Both the position numbers and the translations under genes were made by a program. Positions 1-11,810 of a stretch of 64,000 nt of DNA are shown piece after piece. This DNA is from Negaprion brevirostris (taxonomy: Eukaryota). The notes beneath the pieces are model-generated. The model was not told the DNA's origin, did no database searches, and saw only the letters and a program-made list of their open reading frames with translations. The stretch's first letter is position 1, and every line of letters begins with the position of its first letter. The DNA lies in NCBI GenBank assembly GCA_030324005.1, contig JARDVH010000042.1:64037167-64101166 (forward strand), written 5' to 3'.

Positions 1-37
1 TTCACCTGACGAAGGGCAAACCCCGAAAGCTTGTGAG
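1..37 (+). ncRNA. Minimal type I hammerhead ribozyme within a Penelope-like terminal repeat
   Basis: Core CTGACGA (6-12), extra A13, stem II GGG/CCC (14-16/22-24), GAAA (25-28), palindromic AGCT as reduced stem III, putative cleavage triplet CTT (30-32), stem I TTCAC(1-5)/GTGAG(33-37). Matches the known architecture of PLE minimal hammerheads. Confidence 0.75.
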
Positions 38-90
38 TTTACTATCAAATAAATCGGTTGGACTTAAACCTGGTGTTGTCAGACTTCTTG
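1..90 (+). mobile_element. Penelope-like element pseudo-LTR, 3' part (cut by window edge)
   Basis: HHR, AATAAA (48-53), then gttggacttaaacctggtgttgtcagacttctt, closely matching the arms at 7192-7271. Confidence 0.8.
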
Positions 91-144
91 CAATAAATGC
101 TAGCCAGCCAGCGATGCTCATTTCCCACGGATGAATTAAAAAAA
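90..144 (+). mobile_element. 3' tail of CR1/L2-group LINE family B (or its partner SINE)
   Basis: gcaataaatgctagccagccagcgatgctc...gaattaaaaaaa resembles the tails at ~26455 (+) and ~61365-61420 (-). Confidence 0.7.
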
Positions 145-1049
145 GTAGAATCTTTTGGGGAGAATCACCCTCAAGATTTATACTGAATTTGACAGACATG
201 AACAGACTTATTCTTTATTTACTGTGCGGAAGCAGGCTACATAATGTATACCTATCACTGGCAACAATGGAGATTTTTGCCTCACTGTGCTCTTATGCTA
301 CTTCATCCCTTTTTGCCATCTTGTTAATGGAAGTGGAAAGCAAAAGTGGGATTCCTCAAATGGAAACTTATTCTGCTTGATCCCCTCCCTTAATATGGGG
401 AGGGGTCTGAAATGTGCTACTGAGCAGAAAGCCCTTCACTTTGGCACCTGAATTGTAATTTAGCAACTCCCCAATTCAAAAACAAATTTTGAGATATGCG
501 AACTTCACTAGAGAAATAGGTGAGAGTTGTTCTTTAAACATGTTGTACTTTAACATGAATTATTTAACATCGACTTAGTCTGCTCATGACTGGGCTCTGC
601 CCTTATCTGTGTACAAGTTACATAGACACCAATTTGAGCAATGGGGCAATAATTCATCCCATTTGCATATGAACTGGTGAAACAGGGTGCAACTGGTGAA
701 CAGGGCACATACCAGACTAAACAGTTTAAATAGGATTCGCACAAACAATAGATGACCCTCTTTTTCATCTCTCGTCCCAGTGTTAATGCTCTTTGAGAAG
801 AAACTTGAGGCAAAAGAAGTTGAAAGTGGCAGCCAGCCTCACTGCTACTGGCAATGCTTGTTTGCCCTGCAGCAAGTTAGAAAATTCAGTGACAGCCTCC
901 TGAGGGAACCCAAGTCTGCAAACGCACTGCTCCTCTGTAAAGTTGAAAAACTTCATTTGAGCAAGACAATATAAATTGTCATGTTGCATCCTAAAGACCC
1001 CGATTGTCCTTCTTTGAATAACACATACAATTAGGACCCCTAAAGGAAT

Positions 1050-1480
1050 GCTTGTTGTGTAAAGACAATGGTAATAGGTGGGAATTCGGCCCCTGATGAT
1101 TGTTTATGAATCTGTTGCTGTCTACATTTCGAAATATAACGCTGTTGTATTTGTTTAATTTCAGTAAGTACAAAGTCTGGTCCATTAAATGGCTTCCCTT
1201 CCTGTTTTCCAACAGCAAGTATATAAATGTTGTTTGCAGCCATGTCTGGTCCAATAGAAGGCCAGCCGTTCCTGTGGCAAATTTGAATACAATCAACACA
1301 CAAATTAATTGGTTTTATTTACTGCATTTGGAGCAACTTTTGAAGAAACGTTTCTGCTTAAATCAGTAACTTTTGGCGGTGTCTTTCTATTGACTGCAAT
1401 AAATTACTATGCTGTAAATCTCATAGTAATCTTTTAGAGAGCAATTCAGCTAATTGCACCATCATGAGCACAGTTAGCCT
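1050..1480. promoter_or_regulatory. Candidate conserved non-coding element
   Basis: No TE similarity seen; Sox-like ACAATGG, CSL-like GTGGGAA, several TAAT/ATTA cores. Motif inference only. Confidence 0.25.
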
Positions 1481-2049
1481 TAGTTGGGCAGATTGGAACT
1501 TATAAATGCCACAACACTTGCAAAGTTCATATTAATGATTAAGATTCACATGATGGTTCATTACTCTGAAGCAGAGTTGTCCTATCGCCTTACAATCAGT
1601 ATTGAGTCTGNNNNNNNNNNNNNNNNNNNNNNNNNNNNNNNNNNNNNNNNNNNNNNNNNNNNNNNNNNNNNNNNNNNNNNNNNNNNNNNNNNNNNNNNNN
1701 NNNNNNNNNNTTACAATCAGTATTGAGTCTCTCAAACCTTTCCTCAGATGTACAGTGTTTCACTTATCTGGATTTTGATTATTATCTGGATAATGCGGAA
1801 TGTTTAAAATAATAATCTTGAAAAGAAATGAACTCCTCTTTGTTAACCCTCAATACGTGAAAGATAAATAAACTGCCTGCAAATCTTGAATTTTAAACCA
1901 GTCTCATGGAAGGCAGCTAACTCTAGCACTCACAATGCCAGCAATAGAAGTGAAAGGCTTTTATTATTTCCTGCATTCTACAGAGAAATGAACATTTGGG
2001 CTCTCCATGTGTGGTGGTAAAGAAGCTCAAAAGAACCAAATGGAATGAC

Positions 2050-2453
2050 TGGGGTTGATTCTCTCAAAAAAATTCTATGTGTCTAAATTGTGTTAAAACT
2101 AGAGTAAATCACGCTGGTTTTTTCAGCGTGAGTTTCAAAATGAATCTCCTATGTTCTTTACACTGCAGAGTGTCCTAGCACAAATCAGTCCAAAGAGATG
2201 TGGCGGGGCCTCTTCCTGCTGGAGACGCCAACAGCATAGGGCTGAGCAGGTCACTGTGCATGCACTGATCTGTCAGTGCCGAAATCAGCACATGCGCAGC
2301 AGCCCTTTCCTGCTGGCCTCCCAATTGCTGGCCAGCTCGATCGCTGGTCAGTCCCAAGACATCTGCATCATCAACTGTGCCAACCCCCACCTCCCATGGC
2401 CCCATAGCTGGCCCAACCAAGCATGCCTGGGCGCAGCCTTGACAACCGCCCCC
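2050..2453 (+). mobile_element. GC-rich non-autonomous Harbinger-like element, runs into gap
   Basis: Starts GGGGTTGATTCTC; internal sequence similar to 14202-15192 and 57655-58487. Confidence 0.65.
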
Positions 2454-5049
2454 NNNNNNNNNNNNNNNNNNNNNNNNNNNNNNNNNNNNNNNNNNNNNNN
2501 NNNNNNNNNNNNNNNNNNNNNNNNNNNNNNNNNNNNNNNNNNNNNNNNNNNNNNNNNNNNNNNNNNNNNNNNNNNNNNNNNNNNNNNNNNNNNNNNNNNN
2601 NNNNNNNNNNNNNNNNNNNNNNNNNNNNNNNNNNNNNNNNNNNNNNNNNNNNNNNNNNNNNNNNNNNNNNNNNNNNNNNNNNNNNNNNNNNNNNNNNNNN
2701 NNNNNNNNNNNNNNNNNNNNNNNNNNNNNNNNNNNNNNNNNNNNNNNNNNNNNNNNNNNNNNNNNNNNNNNNNNNNNNNNNNNNNNNNNNNNNNNNNNNN
2801 NNNNNNNNNNNNNNNNNNNNNNNNNNNNNNNNNNNNNNNNNNNNNNNNNNNNNNNNNNNNNNNNNNNNNNNNNNNNNNNNNNNNNNNNNNNNNNNNNNNN
2901 NNNNNNNNNNNNNNNNNNNNNNNNNNNNNNNNNNNNNNNNNNNNNNNNNNNNNNNNNNNNNNNNNNNNNNNNNNNNNNNNNNNNNNNNNNNNNNNNNNNN
3001 NNNNNNNNNNNNNNNNNNNNNNNNNNNNNNNNNNNNNNNNNNNNNNNNNNNNNNNNNNNNNNNNNNNNNNNNNNNNNNNNNNNNNNNNNNNNNNNGCTCC
3101 CCACCCCCCCCCATTGTATTTGAAATCCTTTGAAGTAAGGCTCCATGAATGAGCCAGAAATGATTTTCCATGGGGCTGTAATTCCTGGAGTCCTAGTCTG
3201 CTGATAGAAATGTGACTTCTTGCTGTTGATTTAGACGTCATCTCAGATAACTGGAACACCTTTAGTTTGATATTTAGAATGGAATGTCTGTCAGAATTTG
3301 AAGCAGCTCTAGTCAGGGAGCCAGGGCCAATGACCAGGCTCTCTCTCTCTCTCCCTTTCTGTTCAGGTACTATGTTCTAAGAAGACATTGGAAGCCATGG
3401 ATTTCCATCCAATGATCCATGGTTTTGCTCAGCAAAGCATAAGGAGTGATTTTCTGTTGCCTTCTACAGGCCCTGTTTGACCAGGAGATTCTCATGTTCT
3501 TACCTCCGGATGTCGTGGAAGGAATTGCAAGTTGATTTTCAACTTGCCTGGCCACGTTCTGAATGCACCATCCATGACCATGAAGTCTCAGCGTGGGACT
3601 CCAAAAGCAGAGCCTCTCACTGTGCGCCACAATACTCTGCTGAGCAGGTTAAAAGGGCATAACAAATGCTTCCCTTTCCCATCCGTGTCTAAAATGAGAC
3701 AATATCCTGGCATCCAAAGCAAGGGATCCATTCTGGAATTGATTAGTAATGTTCTGGGGTCTTTGGAAGTTCTAGTGCACAATCTACATCTGTTGCTGGT
3801 AGTTTATTGAACATTAAGGAATTCAGGGTTGCATGGGAATATATTTGAAGTACCCCACTTTGCTATTCGGGTGCAGTGCTTAGTGGGAAAATTTACCTGC
3901 GTGGACATTCCTGACTCAAGATAAATGGGGTAGATCACTAGCAGATCAGATTTTTTTTGCCTCAAACTGTATGCTCCCCATCCACTTTGTGACCAATTTA
4001 TCCAATTTGTGTCCTCCCCAATCTTGGGGATTTTATGTACTCTCGTGTTTGATATTGAAATTTTGGGCAATATTGCATATTAATGTCCAATGAAACAAAA
4101 TACTACAACCCAGACAGTAAACCTGTTATGTCTTTAAACCAGTCTACAAATACCAATGCAGAGTTAACAGAGCAGTAATGAATTATTGCAAATGAACTGA
4201 ACACTCAAAATTGGTCGGTTATTGGAATGAGACAGAGTTACACGACCTGATCAAATATTTCAAATCCTTTTTTTAAATACTGGCTCTTCAAGCCACTGAC
4301 AAAGACACTTTTTCTTACTAGTGAAACATATTGGAACACTCAGAAGATGTGCAGAATGCAAATTCTTTATTTGTCTATCTGATAGTGAATTTTATTTCTA
4401 ACCGTGCTACTTATTACTTCCGTAATCTTATTTTTACACTGCTGATTGTTATATGTTTAAACTCATCTGATCTGAATCTTCTGATCTGTGCAATGCTGCA
4501 AGTATTGCACCTGTGCGCAAAGATTTTCACAGCCTTATGCTACTGTCCATTTCTTCTTGGATTTTCTGAATTAGGCTGCAACAGAAATGAGTAGTGTAAT
4601 GTCTCCCAGGAAGCTCTGTGGATCACAGTAGAGTTGGAGAGAAAGAGATGATCCTCTTTTATGGAACTAGCTGCTGAACTCAGGTAAATTTAAAGGTCCA
4701 GTCTTTGACTGTGGATAAGAGAATGAGTTGATGAATGAATAAGTGGTTGGTGGGGAAGGTGGAGGAGGTTGGTAAGGGATATGAGGCTGTAGATGAAGGA
4801 GGTGGGTAATCAGGGTGTTGGATATTGTTGGAAGATGGCCTTGTCTGGTATTTAGATGATTGGACATAGTTGGGTCAGAATAGAATAGTCAGATGGTTGA
4901 TCTTGTGATTGAGGGCTGTTGGGTAGCTGGATGGGGGCGACTGAGGGGTTAGTTGTGGAGTTACCCAGGTCAGACCAGGGTTTAATCTGTCTAATATTTC
5001 ATGGGTAACTATCCAGGTAAGTCACATGGAAATGTCTCGTGTCATATGC

Positions 5050-5520
5050 TTCGACAGATAATTAGAATGTCATTGCTTGTTGCGAGGGAAATTATTCCAA
5101 AAGTAGGGAGGTTATGCTTCAGTTGTATGGGGGACTGATGAAACCACATCTGGAGTACTGTGTACAATATTAGTTGCCTCATTTAAGGAAAGATGTAAAT
5201 GTGCTAGAAACAGTTCAGAGAAGATTTATGACTAATATCAGGAATAGCTGAGTTGTCTTCTGAGGAAAGGTTGGATAGGCTGGGCTTGTATCTGACGGAG
5301 TTTCAAATAGTTAAGAGTTAAAAGTGACTTGATTGAATCCTTAAGATCCTGATGGGCCTTGACAGGATAGATGTGAAGAGGATGTTACCTTGTGTGGTTA
5401 TCGGGGTAGAAGGAATGTAGAGTGGAAGTTACTATCTGTCCAATTATGATCTCATTGAATAGGGAAATAGGCTTGAGGGGCAGAGTGGTCTTCCATTACT
5501 CCTAATTCTTATGTTTGCAT
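5050..5520 (+). mobile_element. CR1 LINE 3' fragment
   Basis: Decayed ORF2 C-terminus (PHLEYCVQ, LETVQRRF, RLGL) and a CR1-type tail. Confidence 0.85.
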
Positions 5521-6649
5521 GTTCATAAATTTACAACTCTAGATAAGAGTTGGAAACATTAGCAGCGGATCCCGGGCAGTGGGGAATTATTTATCAAAAG
5601 TTTAGACTTCCCAGAGTTCTGATATGCATCTTCTGTTGTATTTCTGGTTTCCAAAGAAAGTAGAAGATTTGGGCCTTGATCTAAATAATTTCCAGTACAA
5701 CATGAGTGGATTTCCTTTTGAGATGTAGCAAGATGTGAAATGGCACTGATCTCCAAAACTACTGTTCAATCCAGTATATGCAAAAAATCTACTTCTATTG
5801 TGTATCTGCCATGTTCTTAGGATCAGTCTGCAAGGTCACCATTTCCACTGAAGAAGTGAATTATATGAAGAGCTGTCTGTTATGGTTGCAATATTGGTGA
5901 GTAGGGTATGAAAGCATACTTCATCTCCACTGCTAACTGGGAATGGGTGACAGTATTTTCTAAAGCAATGGCACATTTCACTTTTTACCACATGGTACCA
6001 TATAGAACATCATTGTTACGCTACTTGGCTTCATGCTGGACATGGTCTTTTGAACACTGCTCCCAAATGAGTGGTGTCAATGTCCTCATGCACACATTTG
6101 GTTTTCTCAAGACATAGAAGTTGTTCCAAGCTTATATAGTGGGCTAAGTAAAGACTCAAGTTTAAAAATCTGGTTGGGGAGGGGAAGGAGAAATTTAGGG
6201 TGGAAAGTTTCTGCTAGGCTTCCATTCCTTTGGAGAATCCAGCTGATGTTCTTGAAGAAGTTGACTGCTTTAAGGAAAAATAGGAAACTAAGGCATAAAT
6301 ATACTGTAAATTACCAGCACAGAACATGAAGGGAAATATTTTCTAAAGATGAAAAAGCACTGTGCTGACAGAAATGTTTGCAAAAATATAAAGTATTCCA
6401 TATGATAGGGAAAATAGAAGAACTATGTAAATAACATTGCAAGTGCCACTGATGAAAAAGTCACTGTACTGAAGGAAGCAGTTTCCTGGGGCTTAATCAT
6501 CATATCTCAGTCCCAAATGCTCTTGATTTTAAAGGCAAAATTCACATGTGAACAGGATGCAATTGATCAAAGTCTCTTAGGCATTGAAATTGTGGACTTT
6601 TCAGATAGGAGATTCTCATAATTATTGGTATGTTTATCACAAAAACTTA

Positions 6650-7599
6650 GGGGCCGATTTTACCAAAAATTCATGCCATTTTTGGGTGCGAAATTACAGT
6701 AAATTTGGGCATCTGGCCTGTAACGCGATCTGCACCCGAAACCAAGCAGATCATGCCTTTACCAACACTTGATGATTTAAATGCATTAGCATGCATTTAA
6801 ATCGACTTAATGAACTGCGCACCTAACTCTACCGCCAAACCCCACTTTACCGTCTTCGGATCCATTCTGGATCCGCGCTGTTACCAACCTGCAGAATAAA
6901 AATCTGAAGCGGATTCCTATTCTGCAGGGGAACCTCTGAAGCCTGTCCTCCTCGAACACCCTTTGCAGACTCCCTGCTAACCACGCTGGCAGACCCACCC
7001 CTCCATGATCTGAACCCCCTGGGAGGCAGACCCCCACCCCCTCTGGCACACCCCTGTGATTGGGCCCCCCCAGGGAGGCAGGCCCCCCCTCAGCAGAGCA
7101 CACCCCCAACCTACCTTGATTGCTGATCCACCATCCTTCTGACCTGCACTTGTTGATGTGGAAATGCTAGCGTTGGACTGGGGTAAACACTGTAAGAAGT
7201 CTCACAACACCAGGTTAAAGTCCTGTTGGAAAGTCCTATGGAGCTTAACCTGGTGTTGTGAGACTTCTTACTGCACTCGTTGGACAGCCTGCAGCACCTT
7301 CCTGTCCTTTCACTGGCATCTGCCGGAGGAGGGGCTGGGGGGAGGGCCCTGGTTGAAGTCGGGGATGGTGAAAGATGGGAGGACGATGGACTTGGGAGAA
7401 TCTCCCAATGTTTCAGATTTTTTTCTAACTGCGCATGCGCAGTTCAGAACTCCGACTGTTCCAGCAGCGCTAAGCCCCGCCCACAGCGCGGACCGGAGGC
7501 GGCAAAAAGCGTATGGGCGTGCTGGAACGAGGATTCCGGGCTCAGATCCATTTTACGTCCAGATCCGGCCCTTAGCCTCCAATTGGTAAAATCGGGCCC
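6650..7599. mobile_element. Complete non-autonomous PIF/Harbinger element (MITE-like)
   Basis: 17-bp TIRs GGGGCCGATTTTACCAA / TTGGTAAAATCGGGCCC (1 mismatch); TTA TSD at 6647-6649 and 7600-7602. Confidence 0.9.
7156..7270 (-). mobile_element. Short Penelope insertion with inverted pLTR arms
   Basis: Perfect 27-bp inverted repeat 7192-7218/7245-7271; 12-bp TSD ctgcact(t/c)gttg at 7144-7155 and 7271-7282. Confidence 0.8.
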
Positions 7600-8156
7600 T
7601 TAAAGTCCATTTTTACTGGTCAGAATTTTGGTAAATCGTAATATTTGCATGAGCGTGTGTTTATGTACGGAACTGGATCCATTATGTAAGAACACCCAAT
7701 TACGGGTGCGAGTAAATCTGCCCACATCCCAATAGTAACTTGGAAATATGCCTCAGGGCATTCTTGAGGAATGCCACCAGCAGCCCCTCTGATTGAAGTT
7801 CAGGATAATTCCAAGCAGAACTTCTTTTCTGAACCTAAAGAAAGGAGCAGCAATTGATACAGCTCAAAGAAAAAAATGATGGCCCTTCATGTTTTCTTCA
7901 AGATTTCATTTACATATGTTATATCAGCATACAGAAACACATTGTACACGAGTGAATAATACTCAGGTAATGTCACTATATGATATTAAAAAAAATCCAT
8001 CTGTTAATAGGGAACGATTTCCAAATTAACAGGTCAGGTGACTAGCTTTGCATGTCAAAATTACATGCAATATATTTAAGTCAAGGGAAATCAAATGATG
8101 TTCTATCTGCTCTCCATGTAAAACCATGTGATTGGGATAAGGCACACCCAATACAC

Positions 8157-8226
8157 ATTGTTGGTGCAGACTCGATGGGCTGAATGACCTCCTTCTGCAG
8201 TGTAGGAATTCTATAAAATTCTATAT
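8157..8226 (+). mobile_element. HE1-type SINE / CR1 3' tail fragment
   Basis: ggtgcagactcgatgggctgaatgacctccttctgcagtgtaggaattcta; similar tails at 25105-25200 (-), 29545-29580 and 47790-47905. Confidence 0.75.
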
Positions 8227-10881
8227 CATGCAGCTAAGTATCAACTACCCATTTAAATTAGCTCAGAGACCTGCTATGGCCCTAATAATGTTACCTGAAA
8301 CACTGAATAGCCTGGACTTTTTGTGGACAATAACAGGATCTCCTTGCCATCAAGGTGGCTTCCCACTGCATGCAGAGCTGTCATTTATTTTGGGGCTGAA
8401 CCTGGTGGTGAGCCATAGATACATCAAAGCCAAAGGTTTCATGTCCCAGTAAAGGCTGCTGCCAAGACAAACTACTACCATTNNNNNNNNNNNNNNNNNN
8501 NNNNNNNNNNNNNNNNNNNNNNNNNNNNNNNNNNNNNNNNNNNNNNNNNNNNNNNNNNNNNNNNNNNNNNNNNNNNNNNNNNNNNNNNNNNNNNNNNNNN
8601 NNNNNNNNNNNNNNNNNNNNNNNNNNNNNNNNNNNNNNNNNNNNNNNNNNNNNNNNNNNNNNNNNNNNNNNNNNNNNNNNNNNNNNNNNNNNNNNNNNNN
8701 NNNNNNNNNNNNNNNNNNNNNNNNNNNNNNNNNNNNNNNNNNNNNNNNNNNNNNNNNNNNNNNNNNNNNNNNNNNNNNNNNNNNNNNNNNNNNNNNNNNN
8801 NNNNNNNNNNNNNNNNNNNNNNNNNNNNNNNNNNNNNNNNNNNNNNNNNNNNNNNNNNNNNNNNNNNNNNNNNNNNNNNNNNNNNNNNNNNNNNNNNNNN
8901 NNNNNNNNNNNNNNNNNNNNNNNNNNNNNNNNNNNNNNNNNNNNNNNNNNNNNNNNNNNNNNNNNNNNNNNNNNNNNNNNNNNNNNNNNNNNNNNNNNNN
9001 NNNNNNNNNNNNNNNNNNNNNNNNNNNNNNNNNNNNNNNNNNNNNNNNNNNNNNNNNNNNNNNNNNNNNNNNNNNNNNNNNNNNNNNNNNNNNNNNNNNN
9101 NNNNNNNNNNNNNNNNNNNNNNNNNNNNNNNNNNNNNNNNNNNNNNNNNNNNNNNNNNNNNNNNNNNNNNNNNNNNNNNNNNNNNNNNNNNNNNNNNNNN
9201 NNNNNNNNNNNNNNNNNNNNNNNNNNNNNNNNNNNNNNNNNNNNNNNNNNNNNNNNNNNNNNNNNNNNNNNNNNNNNNNNNNNNNNNNNNNNNNNNNNNN
9301 NNNNNNNNTTTGCCTTAGTAGTCTGTGGGCTATTGTGATGGATCAGTTCCCATCTGCCCACCTTCCTTAATTGAATGGGATTCCAGAAACAGCTTCTTAA
9401 TTCACCATTTATGGTAACATGATGCCCGATGACCTGCCGTCATCACTTCTGGACCCTGCCAGTGGGTTTGCAGGTGGTGGGTGTAAAACTCCTTGGAAAC
9501 CCCTCCACCCCCCAATCCACACTGACTTGTCTGCAATTTTACATTGGGATGAAAAAGACCTACACCAAACTACTCTTTAATCAGTTAAGGACTGTTTCCC
9601 ACCCAAGGCTGGTGATCCTGACTTCAAAAACATGGGGTGAACCCAGCAAGCTGATCTCTCCTAGCCATGGGCAAGAAGGAGGAAAGGGCATCACCTCAAT
9701 GGCTCCCTTCCCATATTGGGCAAACTTACCTCCTGCCTCCCCAAAAACGTTTATCAGCTATGGCTGTTTCCTCCTTCTCAGATTCTTCACCAAGACCCCT
9801 CGTCCTCTTGTCCCATGTTCCATGGATTCACCATGCACCCTAGTGTGAGACCACCCTGGTCCTGAACTCTGGTACATTCAGATTGGAGCCTGCATATAAT
9901 TCCAGTTCTGATCATTGCTGTTACTTGTGCTGCTGGGATGACAGCAATGCCAGCCAATCAGAATGACCGGTATCTCTTTGAGGCAGGACTTCCCCGGGTG
10001 AGGGGCAGACATCTCGACTCCAGCCGATGAGTGTTAACCAGCAGCCGGGCAGTCAGTTTTGGTGGTATTGCATTCCCCACCCACTGTTTGGGTGGTGGGC
10101 CAGGAAACCACTCTATCCAAAAAATCCTTCCCCTGATTTATTGATATCGGGTCACAAGTGAGTGGTGATTTTTCAGCCTAATTGATTAAAGAGCCTCACT
10201 TCTGTCGAACATAATGCTTATACGCGCCATAGATCAACAAATCTCCCATAGACGGTGTTGCACTCAGTCAGATAACTAATGTCAGCAAGGGCAGGATATG
10301 TGGGGACAGGATGTGGTAGGGACATAATTTCACACCATCACTTATGCTGCCAGTTGCCTGACTCCATCCCACCTCTGCCACTTTACCAAAGATTGCAAAT
10401 TTGGCATTTTCAATTCTCGAATATGTCTCTCAACTTGATTGGATGAGAGTGGTGGCTGCAGCGAGGATGAGAAAACCGATCACGATATTGAAGTGGATTA
10501 TAGACTGTCTTAGATCGGGAGCATACTCAACGATCACCCTCACCTGAGTTCAAGGCAGCAACTTATCACAGGTATTTATTTTGGGTCTGAGAAAGTGAAT
10601 CACTTCTCCCCAAGGAAAGTGACTAATAAGAGATATTACCTTTTCTCAGCTGGCCTTTTAATTCATTTGTTGGCCAAGTTATAACTACCCGGTGTTAAAA
10701 AATGTAACTTCCCACTTTCAAAAGATGCAAGAGAGGTGGGTTCTTATACTGCATGCAAAAGACTACAAGAAATATTATACTCTACCAATTTATTTACAGG
10801 TTTATTACAGAACTATTTAACACGCAATACCCTTTAAAATGGATAAGTACATCGCAATGGCTATAAAAGATAAAAAACATA

Positions 10882-11003
10882 GGTCAGGATTTTCTGGCCG
10901 CGCTCACCCTAAAATCAGAAAATCCTACCCGAGGTCAATGGACCTTTGAATGGATCCCTGCTCACTACAATCCCTATGGCAGGCAGGAAGGGAAAATATC
11001 CCC
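10882..11003 (-). mobile_element. ~125-bp mini Harbinger MITE
   Basis: Reverse-orientation relative of 33543-33668 and 37660-37786; flanks ATA/AGA. Confidence 0.7.
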
Positions 11004-11159
11004 AGAGGCTTAGTTCTAAAATGGAATCTAATAGAAATTTAAAAATATAATGTCATAGCTAAGATCTTTAAGAATATTCATCAATATTCAAGGTAAAGCT
11101 CCACCTAGATCCCAAGTGAATCAGTTTTTGGGACAGTTATTTATTTAGTGAACGCAAAG

Positions 11160-11810
11160 TCCCTCAGTAAAGCAGCTTCTTCCAATGCTGCTGTGTTGAG
11201 TGTGGATTGCCCTCTGCTAACTCTGTGGATTGGACATGCTTCTATGATGCGCTGCATAGTTTGATCTCTCCCTCAGGCACATAGGAGGCTGGCACTAATG
11301 CCCCATCTGGAGGTTGGCCAAATAGAGGGCATGGCTGATGCTGAACATGTTGAGCATAGACCACGCTTTCCTTGAAAGGTTGAAACCAGACAGCTTTTGG
11401 ATTGGGTTTGAGACCAGGTACTTATATGTCATGTCCAATGATTCCCATTCATTTGTCCGGGTGGAATTTGCATTGACGTCCAGTATGGGAGGGTTTTCAA
11501 GGTTGGCTGCCTTGATGGGAGTCTACCTCTGAATAGATCAATGTGAAGTGGCAGATGGGGGGCATTGCAAACTTTTTCCATCAATTTTATGGGTTGTTAC
11601 AAGTCAGCAGGTATGTTGAAGAGTGCTGTTTGCTAGGACAGAGAACCAAAGGAATGCTATTGAGCACAATGCTCCAATAATATGCATGGTAGCATTCAGT
11701 AATTGGGCAGAAAAGCTTGTGTGTCTTATGATATCCAACTCCTTGATAATTGGAGGAACATTGAAGGAGTTCTCCTAATACCCTTCTTCAATGTCTCTGA
11801 TAATTTGAAA
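11160..11810 (-). mobile_element. Vingi/Ingi-like LINE 3' remnant
   Basis: Minus-strand translation gives LNATMHIIGAL..WFSVLA, NPIQKLSGFNLSRKAWSMLN and CA*GRDQTMQRIIEACP (decayed C-terminal CCHC). Confidence 0.7.

Noticed and set aside
750-974. Polypyrimidine tract plus CAG at 780 followed by a 64-aa open frame (possible exon)
   Set aside because: No recognisable protein similarity, no strong donor site and no partner exons; needs RNA-seq.
1040-1303. 87-aa minus-strand ORF
   Set aside because: No recognisable domain; length is compatible with chance.
2151-3259. Long ORFs of 200-330 aa here and at 8381, 17074 and 22680
   Set aside because: Artefacts of N-runs translated as X.
3370-3800. Overlapping short ORFs, possible exon or LINE remnant
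   Set aside because: Only faint LINE-like similarity (WSNRACRR); too weak to call.
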